From: an uncultured Planctomycetaceae bacterium
GTDB taxonomy: Bacteria; Planctomycetota; Planctomycetia; Planctomycetales; Planctomycetaceae
Length of the DNA: 64,000 bases
Assembly: GCA_963815195.1 (NCBI GenBank)
Contig: CAWFGE010000010.1
Span: 384,001 to 448,000, forward strand
Direction of reading: 5' to 3'
In this document: positions 63,503 to 64,000 of the stretch, piece after piece
Layout of the letters: each line of letters starts with the position of its first letter
Position numbering within the stretch: the stretch's first letter is position 1
The notes under the pieces: generated by a model
The model's database searches: none
The model's input: only the letters and a program-made list of their open reading frames with translations
What the model was told of the DNA's origin: nothing
Program-made: the position numbers and the translations under genes

Positions 63503-63900
63503 ACTGGCGATCGATTCTCAAATCAGTGCCGAGCGACGCTGCGGCCCGGAAATGGCCGCTGTCGTGCTTGTCTCATGTTCGGGATTGTGACACCAAAGCG
63601 TGACACAAACGCCGCGTATTTTTTACACAATTCACGTTTTTTGCCATCGGAGCTCGTCACCGGTTCACCTCGCCGCCGCTGTTTTGTCTGACGCTTCGCT
63701 TTCCGTGCCACGTGCCGTGCAATTTTCCGCTTGCGTTTTTGCAGTTGCCGTCGTGTAATAGCTTTCACTTGAAACTCTCTTGAGGGTTGCGTTCGAAGAA
63801 TCGCTTACACTTCTTTTGATGCAAGACCAGGGAAGTTTCGAGTTCTTCCACAATTTTCAAGAAACAATCCCAAAATCTTCGCTTGGTTAAGGAATTGGCT
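63503..63900 (-). mobile_element. Degenerate 5' fragment of an IS1380-like transposase element
   Basis: VKAITRRQLQKRKRKIAR...GEPV resembles the basic N-terminus of Planctomycete IS1380-type transposases as I recall them; no catalytic part present. Confidence 0.4.
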
Positions 63901-64000
63901 GTCGTTAGACAGTTTCTTCCGCGTCCAATCGGAGCTATGGAAATCGCCGACAGAAAGCCGGGTGCGGACGTTTCAACTGTGGATCTTCTATAAAGGGTCA

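Noticed and set aside
63150..63691. ORFs spanning the CRISPR array
   Set aside because: Artefacts of the 65-66-nt repeat period

Overview
GC-rich bacterial DNA, almost certainly from a Planctomycete (DUF1501, DUF1549/DUF1553, DUF1559, PVC-type heme protein, many Ser/Thr kinases). Many long genes carry 1-nt indels, which look like uncorrected long-read errors, so frameshifts alone are not treated as pseudogenisation. 1-16.6 kb is mostly ordinary: molybdopterin oxidoreductase, convergent bfd/bfr with Fur-like boxes, csrA with a GGA-rich structured upstream region, DUF1501/DUF1553, NhaC and two-component genes. 16.6-21.8 kb is a tandemly duplicated [membrane Ser/Thr kinase + DUF1883] unit followed by a lower-GC lectin-like/nucleoside-deoxyribosyltransferase-like fusion, a candidate defence or signalling module. 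22-33 kb encodes two large surface proteins. About 33-60 kb is an accessory island bracketed by a duplicated [surface-protein fragment + Cys-rich mini gene]. It holds a CI-like repressor and two 1.77-kb copies of a [structured leader RNA - ECF-like sigma - coiled-coil ORF] module, each followed by TA genes and defence-gene debris (HsdM, TROVE, DUF1016, attC remnants), then a giant kinase-WD40-TPR gene. The window ends with a complete IS66 abutting an orphan type II-C-like CRISPR array that is cut on its other side by a degenerate IS fragment. No cas, tRNA, rRNA or integrase genes were seen. All family calls come from motif recognition by eye, not database searches.
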